A stretch of DNA of 48,857 nt from a virus. The notes beneath the pieces are model-generated. The model ran no database searches. It was not told the DNA's origin and saw nothing but the letters and a program-made list of their open reading frames with translations. The translations under genes and the position numbers were made by a program. Positions 1 through 9,122 of the stretch are shown here, one piece after another; the stretch's first letter is position 1; each line of letters starts with the position of its first letter. The stretch is from UHGV virus genome UHGV-0138835. One strand, given 5' to 3'.

Positions 1-2375
1 CAGAAGATCTTTATAAAAAAGTTAAGGAAAACGCCGATGATATTGGTCAGCATGAGTCAAGAATTGACTCATTAGAAGTGTACAGCGAAAAAGTTGGCAG
101 CGAACTGGAGCAAGCAAAAGCAAGCCTGCAAAACGCGTCACTTGCTCTTATTAATAACTCACTTGCACAGACAAACACGCGCGTAACTCTTACCGCTCAG
201 TACAAGAAAGGCAGGACAGAGACTAAAGCGGAAATTGACCGTATTGACAACGTTATCGCTGAAGAGAAAAAAGCGACAGCGGAATCACTGGAAACCATCA
301 CAGCAGAAATGAATACGATGGATTCCAACCTTAAAGGTCAAATCTCTAACGTGCAACGAGCAGTAGCTGACGAGGCCAGCGCCCGCGCTGAAGCTATTAA
401 CGGTGTAAACGCCTCAATAAGCAATCTCGACAAGAAAACTGACGCCAGCGTTAACCGCCTTGATCAAGCTATCGCCGACGAAACAAGCGCACGCACCCAG
501 GCAGTCAGCGACGTTAACGCAAATATCTCAGCGCTTGATAAGAAAACTGACGCCAGCGTTAAACGTTTGGATCAAGCGATTGCAGACGAAACAAGCGCCC
601 GCAGCGAAGCCATCAGTGGAGTAAATGCCTCGGTATCAGCGCTCGACAAGAAAACTGACTCAAGTATAAGCCGTCTTGATAAGGCAATAGCAGACGAGAC
701 GAGCGCGAGAACTGAAGCCATTAACGGTGTGAAGGCGTCAATTTCCACACTTGACGGCAAGGTTACAAGTAACGTTAATCGTCTTGATAAGGCGATTGCA
801 GACGAAACGAAGGCACGCACTGACGCTATCAGTAGCGTGAATGCAAGCATTAGCACACTTGAAAGCAACACCGAATCAGAAGTAAGCAGACTTGATCAGG
901 CAATCGCTGACGAGGCCAGCGCTCGCGCACAAGCCATCAGCGGTGTGAATGCTTCGATAGAAAGTCTTGAAAGTAAAACCGATGCGAGCGTTTCCCGTCT
1001 TGATAAAGCAATAGCAGATGAAACGCAGGCAAGAAGCGACGCAATAACAGAGGTTAAAGCTGATTTAACAACACTAGAAAGCAACACAAACGCCAGCGTT
1101 AAGCGTCTTGATCAGGCAATTGCAGACGAAACAAGCGCCAGAGGACAAGCTATCAGCGAAGTTAGCGCAAGTGTCAGCACGCTTGATAATAAAGTGACAA
1201 GCAACGTCACCAGGATGGACAAAGCCATCGCCGACGAAACAAAAGCACGCACAGACGCAATAAGCGGCCTCAGTGCATCGCTTACCAGTACGATTAATTC
1301 AAAAGTATCTGAAGTGTCGACAGCGCTCTCTACGCATGAGGAATCAAGCGCGGAAAAATTTAGCCAGATCTCAGCGTCTTTCGAATCAGTAAACTCAAGT
1401 ATTACAGAATGGTCGCAGGCAATGGCAACGGCTGACGAGGCATTATCAAGCAAAATTGATCAGTTGACAGTAACAGTTAACGGGAACAAAACGGCGATAG
1501 AGACGACATCGAAAGCATTAACCGACTTCAAAGGTAATGTTGATGCGTCGTACTCTATCAAGCTGGCGACCGACAACAACGGAATGAAATACGCAACAGG
1601 TATGTCGCTTGGCCTCACTGGTGACGGCACTAACTTTCAGTCGCAGTGTATTTTCCTTGTTGACCGTTTCGTGTTAATGACCGCAGCAAACGGCACATAT
1701 ACAACGCCTTTCTATGTCACCAATGGCGCAATGTATGTAAGAGAAGCGTTTATTAAGGACGGAACTATCAACTCCGCCAAAATAGCTGATCAAATACAGT
1801 CAGTTAATTACAGCTGGGAAAACGGTACAGGATGGGCGATAAATAAAGCCGGTGACGCAGTATTTAACCAGGTAACCGTAAGGGGTACGGTATACGCTTA
1901 TGCTGGTGTGTTTAACGGTACTGTTTACGCAACTGGCGGTAAATTTACTGGAGCAGTTGAAGCTACAAGTTTTGTTGGTGACGTAGCAAGTATGTCAGTG
2001 ATAAACGAGGATGTATTTCCGTCAATGAGGGGAAATGGCAGCAGGCGCGTTTCGAAAACTTATCTTGATTCAAGTTCATCAAGTTTATCAAAAACAGTTT
2101 ACGTTATGATTCCGTATGATTTGTCATACTATACATATAGTGAATCTTCTCGCATCAATGTAACTATAAATATAAGCGGACACCAAAAAACAATTAATAT
2201 AGAAAGGCCAGCATCAACCCCAGCAATGTCAACTGTCGCGGTGCACTGTGTATCTGGCCTCACATACCCAACAATTACAGTAGAGGTGACGGAAAACTTT
2301 ACCAATACATCTAATGCAGCAATAAGAAAACCAGGTTTAATACTTATAACAAGAAGTTCAGGAACATGGATATAA
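1..2375 (+). CDS. tail fiber / host-specificity protein, 5'-partial (reading frame open to window start, codon phase from nt 3)
   Basis: No in-frame stop upstream of the track ORF start at 78; nine tandem 36-aa repeats of consensus RLDxAIADETSARxxAIxxVNASISxLDxKTxxSVx, then a Gly/Thr/Tyr-rich beta-type C-terminus typical of fibers; position just before a second fiber and attP/int. Confidence 0.7.
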   Translation, partial: EDLYKKVKENADDIGQHESRIDSLEVYSEKVGSELEQAKASLQNASLALINNSLAQTNTRVTLTAQYKKGRTETKAEIDRIDNVIAEEKKATAESLETITAEMNTMDSNLKGQISNVQRAVADEASARAEAINGVNASISNLDKKTDASVNRLDQAIADETSARTQAVSDVNANISALDKKTDASVKRLDQAIADETSARSEAISGVNASVSALDKKTDSSISRLDKAIADETSARTEAINGVKASISTLDGKVTSNVNRLDKAIADETKARTDAISSVNASISTLESNTESEVSRLDQAIADEASARAQAISGVNASIESLESKTDASVSRLDKAIADETQARSDAITEVKADLTTLESNTNASVKRLDQAIADETSARGQAISEVSASVSTLDNKVTSNVTRMDKAIADETKARTDAISGLSASLTSTINSKVSEVSTALSTHEESSAEKFSQISASFESVNSSITEWSQAMATADEALSSKIDQLTVTVNGNKTAIETTSKALTDFKGNVDASYSIKLATDNNGMKYATGMSLGLTGDGTNFQSQCIFLVDRFVLMTAANGTYTTPFYVTNGAMYVREAFIKDGTINSAKIADQIQSVNYSWENGTGWAINKAGDAVFNQVTVRGTVYAYAGVFNGTVYATGGKFTGAVEATSFVGDVASMSVINEDVFPSMRGNGSRRVSKTYLDSSSSSLSKTVYVMIPYDLSYYTYSESSRINVTINISGHQKTINIERPASTPAMSTVAVHCVSGLTYPTITVEVTENFTNTSNAAIRKPGLILITRSSGTWI
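348..1319 (+). repeat. 9 x 108-bp tandem coding repeats (36-aa units) inside the tail-fiber gene
   Basis: Repeat units read directly from the translated ORF (aa 91-414); explains the spurious minus-strand ORFs 572-871, 896-1087, 1112-1453. Confidence 0.85.
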
Positions 2376-2380
2376 AAAAT

Positions 2381-2408
2381 AACCCCGCTTCGCGCGGGGT
2401 TTTCTTTT
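2381..2408. terminator. bidirectional rho-independent terminator (stem CCCCGC/GCGGGG flanked by A-run and T-run)
   Basis: Hairpin ccccgc-ttcgc-gcgggg followed by ttttctttt on + and preceded by aaaaaataa; sits between convergent genes. Confidence 0.6.
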
Positions 2409-2655
2409 AGTAGTTAGCTACACAGTTAGAAGGGCTACCGATGCGGCGCATGTTGTGATCGAGTTCGTGACACCATTGACCAGTATAAGGCAGTTTTTCA
2501 GTGTCATAGACAAGATGCCCGTTAACATCATAAACAACATCCTGTGGAATTACTCCACTATTCGGCAGGTTATGCAATGCGGCTTCCTTATCAACAGCAC
2601 AGCCAGTAAGAGCTACAGCCGCAGCAAACAAAACCACTTTGAACATGTTTTTCAT
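2407..2655 (-). CDS. small lipoprotein (82 aa), candidate superinfection-exclusion / receptor-blocking lipoprotein (Cor/Llp-like by context only)
   Basis: N-terminal signal peptide MKNMFKVVLFAAAVALTGC with lipobox LTGC; antisense gene wedged between two tail-fiber genes. Confidence 0.55.
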   Translation of the reverse strand: MKNMFKVVLFAAAVALTGCAVDKEAALHNLPNSGVIPQDVVYDVNGHLVYDTEKLPYTGQWCHELDHNMRRIGSPSNCVANY

Positions 2656-2832
2656 TTTTAAAGCCTCATTCTCGTTTGTTCATCCGGTTCATCCGGTGGC
2701 TTAAATATCCGACAAAAGCACATTTCGTATATTGACACAAATCAACAAATACATTTTGTGTAAGCAGAAAATGCAACACAGATCACAAAATGGTAGAATT
2801 ATTCCGTTAATTAACAAAATGGAGTCATTGCG

Positions 2833-5800
2833 ATGATTTACACAACTGGAACAATTGCCATCAACGGCAATGCTGTTACAGGCACGGGAACAAACTTTTC
2901 CGCGCCGCTTTCTCTCATTCGTGTAGGCTGCACGCTCATTGCAATCGGCAATCCGGTGCAGATCTTTACCATCACAGAAATTAAAAGCGGTACTGAACTG
3001 TCAGTGACGCCAGCAGCTAACCCTGCAATCCCTGCGGGAACAAAATTTAGTATTCTGCTATCTGACTCAATCTCAGTTGATGGTCTTGCTCAGGACGTAG
3101 CTGAAACCCTGCGTTACTACCAGGGCAAGGAAACAGAGATCGCCGCCGCTGTCGAGTGGTGGGAAGATTTTGGCGGAGAAGGTCAGTTGGATCAGCTTCT
3201 TACCAACATTCGCGCAGAAACAGCCAAATCAACCGCCAATGCTCAAAAAACAGAAACTGACAAAAACGCAGCAGAAGCGTCAAAAACAGCGGCTGCAAAA
3301 TCCGCCACGGCAGCGAAAACATCAGAAACCAACGCTAAGGCAAGTGAGACAGCAGCAAAGACAAGCGAAACCAACGCCAAAACGTCAGAGAACAGGGCGC
3401 AAGAATATCTAAATCAAATGGGAAGGCTTACCAGTCCAATGGTTCAATGTGATTGGCCCGTTACAACTGGTACGACTGACGCTTACGTTAAGATAGCTAA
3501 AGTTACCAACCCAGGTAGCAGCTCCTGCCACATGACACTAATGATCACTAATGCCGGTAACTACGGGACAAGTTACGGAAACATTGATTTTGTCGAGATC
3601 TCCGCTCGCGGTTTTCCCGATGAACTGAACGCCGATAATGTATCTAAATACTTGAGTATCCGCCGCTTAGGTTCACCAAATCTGGCAACTGATAATCAGA
3701 TGCGTTATGGGCTTGTTAAGGGCGATAACTTTTTTGAGGTCTGGTGTCGTCAGCGAGCATTTACCGGAAGCGCAAAGGTCGCTGTACTGGCGCAGACTAA
3801 TCAAAACACGGAATTATACATTCCCGAAGGATTTGTTAAACAAGACAATGCACCATCAGGATTTATTGAAAGCCCGGCAGCAAGGATTTACGACCAGGTA
3901 AACAAACCCAGCAAGGCGGATTTGGGCCTTTCTAACGCTATGCTTATAGGCGCTTTTGGTCTTGGCGGTACTGGAATAGGGTTGACTGGTTACATGACTG
4001 ATCAGGAACTACTACAAGAGCTAAGGGCTAAAGGTGGGTGTTTCTGGAGATCAGGAAAACCAACAGGTAGCACGGCGACCATTTATAGCCACGGTTCTGG
4101 TATATTCTCGCGGTGCGCCGATACGTGGTCAGCGATCAATATCGACTACTCAACCGCGAAGGTTAAGGTCTATGCCGGTAACGACAATGGACTTAACAAT
4201 AACACTTTTGCCGTTAATGAGCTATACGGAACTAAAAACAAGCCGTCGAAATCAGATGTTGGACTTGGCAACGTAACGAACGATGCGCAGGTGAAAAAAA
4301 TCGGCGATGTTATGTCTGGTGACCTGGCGATCAAAAAAGGGACACCGTCATTCTTTCTGCGGTCAGACAGTGGAACCGCCCATGTATGGTTCCAAAATGC
4401 GGATCAGACGGAACGCGGCGTTATTTTTGCGCCTACAAATTCTGAGACGCTTGGTGAAGTTCACATCAGGGCTAAAAACGCAAAAGGTGAAACAAACGGT
4501 GATCTTATTGTTCGCCACGACGGGGTGGTTGAGGTTCAGAATCTCACAGCGGCTAAAAAAGCCAAAAGCGTAACCGCAGAATTTGCAAACACAAGCACTA
4601 GCTCCGATGATACCACGGTAAATATCAAAGGATCACAGCATACGCCTTTGGTTTTAACGCGCAACAACACAATTAAAAACTTATCCATTGGGTTTAAGGT
4701 TGATGATGTTGATCAAAAATACCTGGGTATAGCTGGCGACGGTGATTTGTATTTTGGTAGTTATTCTGACCACACAAAAAACAGCAAAGTGATCACACAA
4801 GCAATACTCGATAGCGGGGTAACGGTAGGCGGTAAAACAACCTTTTCTGACCTTGCCACATTCAGTGCTGGTATATATGGGGCCATAGAACCGGAAATAA
4901 TTAACAGCAAGACTGTAGATCTTAACAACCTTGTCATTAAGTCCTCTGATAAAGGTTCAGTTAAGTATTATCAATGCACATCTTCCGGGGCTGGTAACTC
5001 CATTACCAATAAGCCTGACGGCGTAGGCGGTAACTTTTTGCTACGTGTAGAATCTATTCGTAAGGTTACGGATTCAGATTATACAAACTTGCAAACCCTG
5101 GTTGGCACAGACACGAAACAAATATACGTTCGCTATTGTGAAAATGGCAATTGGTCCGCATGGAGTCAGGTTGTTGTTTCAGGAAGGAATCAGGATGTAA
5201 ACGTAAGGTCGTTAACCACTGGTACCCCTGTAAAATCTGGTGGCGGGCAAATTGATGTACTTGGGAGTACGTCAGATTATAGCGCGATGAATTGTACTGT
5301 GCGTGGTGTTGATAGCACTGGAACCAATTCGGCGTGGTCGGTAGGTACATCAGAAAGCACAGGAAAAATGTTGTACCTGAAAAACCACAGAAGCAGCGCT
5401 CAAGTGCTGTTAAATGGCGATGACGGCGCGGTGCAACTACTAAGCGGTACCGTCAACAGTGCTACAGCACAGGCGCTAACCATCAACAAAGATGAGGTTA
5501 ACTCAACTGCCGATTTAGTAATTAGAAAACAAACAGGGACTGGCAGTCGTTTTGCTTTACAGAACGCAGGTAATGCAGAACTACCGTTTTCTGTCAGTGT
5601 GTGGGGTTCCAGTACTCGACAAAACGTTTTTGAGGTTGCAACGTCTGCTGCGTATCTGTTTTATGCGCAAAGAACGCCAGCAGGCCAGTTGTTTGATGTA
5701 AATGGCGCTATTAATTGCACAACGCTGAATCAGTCATCAGACCGCGACCTTAAAGACGATATTCTCGTTATCAGCGACGCGACGAAAGCAATCCGTAAAA

Positions 5801-6150
5801 TGAACGGATACACCTACACGCTCAGGGAAAACGGGATGCCTTATGCTGGCGTTATTGCACAGGAAGTAATGGAGGCGATACCAGAAGCTGTGGGATCGTT
5901 TACTCATTACAGTGAAGAGTTGCAGGGACCAACGGTTGACGGCAACGAGCTACGCGAAGAAACGCGTTATCTCAATGTTGACTACGCCGCAGTAACTGGC
6001 TTACTTGTCCAGGTTGCACGCGAAACGGATAACCGCGTCACCGAACTGGAAGAGGAAAATGCCAGCTTACGCGCTAACATTGCTGTAATGGATGAGCGTA
6101 TCGCAAAACTTGAAGCGCTTGTCAGTAAGTTGACCGGAAGCGAAGAATAA
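2833..6150 (+). CDS. tail fiber protein with C-terminal intramolecular chaperone (peptidase S74-like) auto-processing domain
   Basis: 1105 aa; the C-terminal ~130 aa (DLKDDILVISDATKAIRKMNGYTYTL...YLNVDYAAVTGLLVQV...EEENASLRANIAVMDERIAKLEALV) matches the recalled endosialidase/T5 L-shaped-fiber chaperone domain; SD GGAG 8 nt upstream. Confidence 0.8.
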   Translation: MIYTTGTIAINGNAVTGTGTNFSAPLSLIRVGCTLIAIGNPVQIFTITEIKSGTELSVTPAANPAIPAGTKFSILLSDSISVDGLAQDVAETLRYYQGKETEIAAAVEWWEDFGGEGQLDQLLTNIRAETAKSTANAQKTETDKNAAEASKTAAAKSATAAKTSETNAKASETAAKTSETNAKTSENRAQEYLNQMGRLTSPMVQCDWPVTTGTTDAYVKIAKVTNPGSSSCHMTLMITNAGNYGTSYGNIDFVEISARGFPDELNADNVSKYLSIRRLGSPNLATDNQMRYGLVKGDNFFEVWCRQRAFTGSAKVAVLAQTNQNTELYIPEGFVKQDNAPSGFIESPAARIYDQVNKPSKADLGLSNAMLIGAFGLGGTGIGLTGYMTDQELLQELRAKGGCFWRSGKPTGSTATIYSHGSGIFSRCADTWSAINIDYSTAKVKVYAGNDNGLNNNTFAVNELYGTKNKPSKSDVGLGNVTNDAQVKKIGDVMSGDLAIKKGTPSFFLRSDSGTAHVWFQNADQTERGVIFAPTNSETLGEVHIRAKNAKGETNGDLIVRHDGVVEVQNLTAAKKAKSVTAEFANTSTSSDDTTVNIKGSQHTPLVLTRNNTIKNLSIGFKVDDVDQKYLGIAGDGDLYFGSYSDHTKNSKVITQAILDSGVTVGGKTTFSDLATFSAGIYGAIEPEIINSKTVDLNNLVIKSSDKGSVKYYQCTSSGAGNSITNKPDGVGGNFLLRVESIRKVTDSDYTNLQTLVGTDTKQIYVRYCENGNWSAWSQVVVSGRNQDVNVRSLTTGTPVKSGGGQIDVLGSTSDYSAMNCTVRGVDSTGTNSAWSVGTSESTGKMLYLKNHRSSAQVLLNGDDGAVQLLSGTVNSATAQALTINKDEVNSTADLVIRKQTGTGSRFALQNAGNAELPFSVSVWGSSTRQNVFEVATSAAYLFYAQRTPAGQLFDVNGAINCTTLNQSSDRDLKDDILVISDATKAIRKMNGYTYTLRENGMPYAGVIAQEVMEAIPEAVGSFTHYSEELQGPTVDGNELREETRYLNVDYAAVTGLLVQVARETDNRVTELEEENASLRANIAVMDERIAKLEALVSKLTGSEE

Positions 6151-6179
6151 TGGGTGATGTGCGAAGAACATCGCCGCGC

Positions 6180-6208
6180 GAAACGAGGCTAACGCCTCGT
6201 TTCTTTTT
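6180..6208 (+). terminator. rho-independent terminator after tail-fiber gene
   Basis: gaaacgaggc-taac-gcctcgtttc hairpin followed by TTTTT. Confidence 0.65.
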
Positions 6209-6229
6209 GTGTACCAAATAGTGACCAAA
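6208..6229 (+). repeat. 22-bp perfect direct repeat, copy 1 (tgtgtaccaaatagtgaccaaa); candidate integrase arm-type site / attP-region repeat
   Basis: Exact 22-mer recurs at 6439-6460, flanking a ~210-bp AT-rich tract just upstream of int. Confidence 0.5.
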
Positions 6230-6438
6230 ATGATAAATCAAAAACAAAAACATAACATAACACATTGAATACAAATGAATTTTTCATTAAGTTATCCATT
6301 CAAAAGATAAGTAGGTAGCGCCATTTCTATCATTTCATATCGTGTCACATCGTCACCGTTTCACGTTGATTTCAAAAGAAATATTTATTCTATCGTGTCA
6401 TATCGCTCCCCATCGTGTTACTATCCATGCGTAAAATG

Positions 6439-6460
6439 TGTGTACCAAATAGTGACCAAA
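6439..6460 (+). repeat. 22-bp perfect direct repeat, copy 2; ends 2 nt before the int start codon
   Basis: Identical to 6208-6229. Confidence 0.5.
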
Positions 6461-6462
6461 TT

Positions 6463-7662
6463 ATGCTTACAGATACCAAATTACGAAACATTCACGGCAA
6501 GCCATACGACGGCCCGGAAGAAGTACCGGACGCTGGCGGATTGTCTGCCAGGATAAGCCCGCGAGGAGTTATATCTTTCCAGTATCGCTACCGATTCAAC
6601 GGCAAGCCTCGACGGATGAAGATCGGCACATACGGAGAAATAACACTCAAAGAAGCGCGCGCGGAGGTGGCGGCGCACAAAGAAGTATTAAACTCAGGTC
6701 GAGATCCATCGGTAGCAAAAAGAATGCACCTTTCTCGCGTTACGACACGGGCAACGGTTGAGGATATTGTCAGGGAGTACATGGAATCAACGCAGGCAAG
6801 GAGCATGGTCAACTATAAGCAGGTTGAAGCGATGTTGAATAAGCACGTCATCAGGCCATACGGTAGCTATATAGTCGATGATATGGACGCTATGATGTGG
6901 GAGGGAGTTTTTAGAAAGGTAGCTAATGGTGGTGCGCCAGTTCAGGCGGGAATAGTTCTCAACAGAATGAAAGCGGTAATAAAATACGCCATGCGCCGCC
7001 GCCGCGTGGATCGTGACGACATATCGTTACTACGCGTGAAAGACGTTGGTAAAAACCCAGCGCAAGGGAAGCGGGTTTTGTCAATACAAGAGATTCGCCA
7101 TCTAATCAGCCTTATAGACAGTTCAAAAATGGCGCGTCTAAATCAGATATTGATGAAACTGATTATATTCACCGGATGCAGGACAAGCGAGCTAACAAAC
7201 GCAAGGCGAGAACATTTCGATCTTGATAACTGCGTGTGGACTGTGCCTGGTGCATTGAGTAAGAACAGAAACGAGTTTAAACGCGGTTTATCCGACGTTA
7301 GCGTCGATTTATTGCGTGAGGCTATGGATCTGCATAGCTTTGATTTTGTCTTCGTTCCTGTGCTTTCTGGAAGGGATGAGGCGGTGGACAGAAGCGTACC
7401 GAAAACAGCGGCAAGGGATTTAATGATGAGGATGGGCGGCGAGCCGTGGTCGTGTCACGATCTACGCCGCACCGTGAGGACAAACCTTTCAGCGCTTGGC
7501 GTTGCGCCTCACGTCGCTGAAAAGGTTTTGGGGCATAAGCTGGCGGGGATGTTGGCTATATACGATCAGTATGACTATGTGAGGGAACAAATAGAGGCGA
7601 TGAATAAACTGGCTGATTATTACATGAAGCCCATTGATTTACAAAATGAAATAACGTCCTGA
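6463..7662 (+). CDS. int: tyrosine recombinase / phage integrase (P4-type)
   Basis: N-terminal arm-binding-like region (ARISPRGVISFQYRYRFNGKPRRMKIGTYGEITLKEARAE) and C-terminal catalytic region with HDLRRT...LGH; start taken at ATG 6463 (the track ORF begins at 6415). Confidence 0.85.
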   Translation: MLTDTKLRNIHGKPYDGPEEVPDAGGLSARISPRGVISFQYRYRFNGKPRRMKIGTYGEITLKEARAEVAAHKEVLNSGRDPSVAKRMHLSRVTTRATVEDIVREYMESTQARSMVNYKQVEAMLNKHVIRPYGSYIVDDMDAMMWEGVFRKVANGGAPVQAGIVLNRMKAVIKYAMRRRRVDRDDISLLRVKDVGKNPAQGKRVLSIQEIRHLISLIDSSKMARLNQILMKLIIFTGCRTSELTNARREHFDLDNCVWTVPGALSKNRNEFKRGLSDVSVDLLREAMDLHSFDFVFVPVLSGRDEAVDRSVPKTAARDLMMRMGGEPWSCHDLRRTVRTNLSALGVAPHVAEKVLGHKLAGMLAIYDQYDYVREQIEAMNKLADYYMKPIDLQNEITS

Positions 7663-7838
7663 TAACGGTAAAGAGAGCCGCCGTGCTTTAATGCTGGCAT
7701 TCCCTTAACAGGTTCAGGGAATGGAGTACCTGAATCCTTCCATTTTTTAACCAGTTTAAAAAAGGCGGACTTACTAAGCCCGCCCAACATTTTTTGCACT
7801 TGCTCACGATTAATAAGAATTGCGCCGATCTTATCCAT
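7620..7838 (-). CDS. excisionase / AlpA-family small DNA-binding protein (putative Xis)
   Basis: 72 aa, HTH-like, convergent with and overlapping the int 3' end; family assignment from pattern only. Confidence 0.45.
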   Translation of the reverse strand: MDKIGAILINREQVQKMLGGLSKSAFFKLVKKWKDSGTPFPEPVKGMPALKHGGSLYRYQDVISFCKSMGFM

Positions 7839-8500
7839 TATCTTTTCCCCGTGTATTCAACGTGTCCGATACATCCATCAATAATAGCTTGCGCCATGTT
7901 GCGATAATCGCACGAAAATTCGTTGTCGCGGTTAAAGTTAATCTCTTTCGCCGCATCTTCACCGATAACCTTAGTAGCTAGTGCGAAAGCTATTTCAGCA
8001 AGCGCCTTTTCTTTCGGATCTACATGCAGCTTGAAAGCGCATGTTGTCCATGATAGCGGCCTCTCTAAGCATAAATCTTCCTTGCTTTCACATATAGCCC
8101 ATTTGTCACCAACATATTTAAATTTAACGACATCTAGAACCGTTCCGCTCGTAAGACCTACACAATCAAGCCACACGCCAACTGGAGGCTTTTCGCCTGC
8201 CAACCATTCCGTTTTTTCTTGTTGCGTTTCGCAATCATGCCGCTCATCTTCGATTAATTCATCAATGATTTCACTTTCTTTATTCATGCCGTCATCATCC
8301 TTATTCGATAAATTAGCGTATTTATCAAATTTCCAGCTTGCAGCCATAACCGAATAAGTGCCGCCAGTGTCAGCGCGAACACCCAATAAATAGTATGATC
8401 CAAAATTATATTCTGTGCGGCATGTTGTTACCTCAAACGATGGGTAACACTCAGGGTTAGTGCGATGGCTAATCACGCCAATTGCTTTAAGTTTATTCAT
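7838..8500 (-). CDS. hypothetical protein (220 aa), integrase-proximal accessory gene
   Basis: Long ORF, translationally coupled to downstream gene (TAATG overlap); no family recognised. Confidence 0.4.
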   Translation of the reverse strand: MNKLKAIGVISHRTNPECYPSFEVTTCRTEYNFGSYYLLGVRADTGGTYSVMAASWKFDKYANLSNKDDDGMNKESEIIDELIEDERHDCETQQEKTEWLAGEKPPVGVWLDCVGLTSGTVLDVVKFKYVGDKWAICESKEDLCLERPLSWTTCAFKLHVDPKEKALAEIAFALATKVIGEDAAKEINFNRDNEFSCDYRNMAQAIIDGCIGHVEYTGKR

Positions 8501-8514
8501 TTGCTTATCCTCGA

Positions 8515-8691
8515 TTACGCCACAGTTACATTGTCAACTTTGATAAAATATTCAGGATGATTTTCTATTTCGTTCTTGAAGTGCGCGTGACACAATCGCC
8601 ACTCCCGCGCCTGGTTGTGAAAATAGTAAACGTATTCGCCATCAATCTTGTATAAAATGCCTGTAGGTTTAGCCATGTAGTAACGAACCAT
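8515..8691 (-). CDS. hypothetical small protein
   Basis: Track ORF 8515-8745 trimmed to the internal ATG that overlaps the NinB stop by one base. Confidence 0.3.
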   Translation of the reverse strand: MVRYYMAKPTGILYKIDGEYVYYFHNQAREWRLCHAHFKNEIENHPEYFIKVDNVTVA

Positions 8692-9122
8692 TATTGCCCC
8701 CAGCGTTTTATAAATTCCTCGTTTAACTTCGTATCGCCAGACCACTGAACACCATGTTCAGCGCCGAACGAGTAGATCAGTTCGATTAATTCGCTAAATT
8801 CTGCTTTACCCATCCGGCTGGTTGACGTTCCCAGCACAACAAATCCTGATTTATCAAGATTAGGGACGACGCCATATTTTTTAAGCCCGGCAGTAAATAC
8901 CGCTTTCCAGTCTTCAGGTGACAGTTTTTTGCCGTACCAATTAACCTGATCGCTAATGTCGGTTAACAGCGCCCATAAAAGGCTATTTTGACTAAGCGAG
9001 CGGGTTTTCTCCTTGATGGTAATAATCAGCGGGCTTTTGCTATCAGGCTGGATTTCACTTATCTGCCTGATAGCGTTTTCTTTTACTGCGTCGTTTACTA
9101 TTTCAAATCTTATTTGCCTCAT
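8691..9122 (-). CDS. ninB: NinB recombination protein (lambda NinB/Orf family)
   Basis: Strong similarity to recalled lambda NinB (…RSLDQN..LWA.L.D.S.QV.W.G…VPNL…GFVV.G.STSRM…FSELIELI..FG…GV.WS). Confidence 0.85.
   Translation of the reverse strand: MRQIRFEIVNDAVKENAIRQISEIQPDSKSPLIITIKEKTRSLSQNSLLWALLTDISDQVNWYGKKLSPEDWKAVFTAGLKKYGVVPNLDKSGFVVLGTSTSRMGKAEFSELIELIYSFGAEHGVQWSGDTKLNEEFIKRWGQ

Noticed and set aside
348-1319. Possible CRISPR-like array suggested by regular tandem repeats
   Set aside because: The repeats are 108 bp, contiguous without spacers, in-frame and protein-coding; no CRISPR repeat-spacer structure exists anywhere in the window.
572-1453. Three minus-strand ORFs (572-871, 896-1087, 1112-1453) encoding repetitive Ala/Ser-rich proteins
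   Set aside because: They are antisense reflections of the nine tandem coding repeats in the tail-fiber gene; the + strand frame is continuous and clearly coding.
3170-5350. Several alternative-frame ORFs inside the second tail-fiber gene (3170-3412, 3707-3901, 4034-4276, 4307-4573, 5066-5350 minus)
   Set aside because: Fully contained in the long, well-supported tail-fiber ORF; no RBS; low-complexity products.
6230-6438. tRNA gene or tRNA 3' fragment as attP core
   Set aside because: The interval is AT-rich with no acceptor-stem/T-arm-like GC structure or CCA-proximal motif; no tRNA could be supported anywhere in the window by eye.
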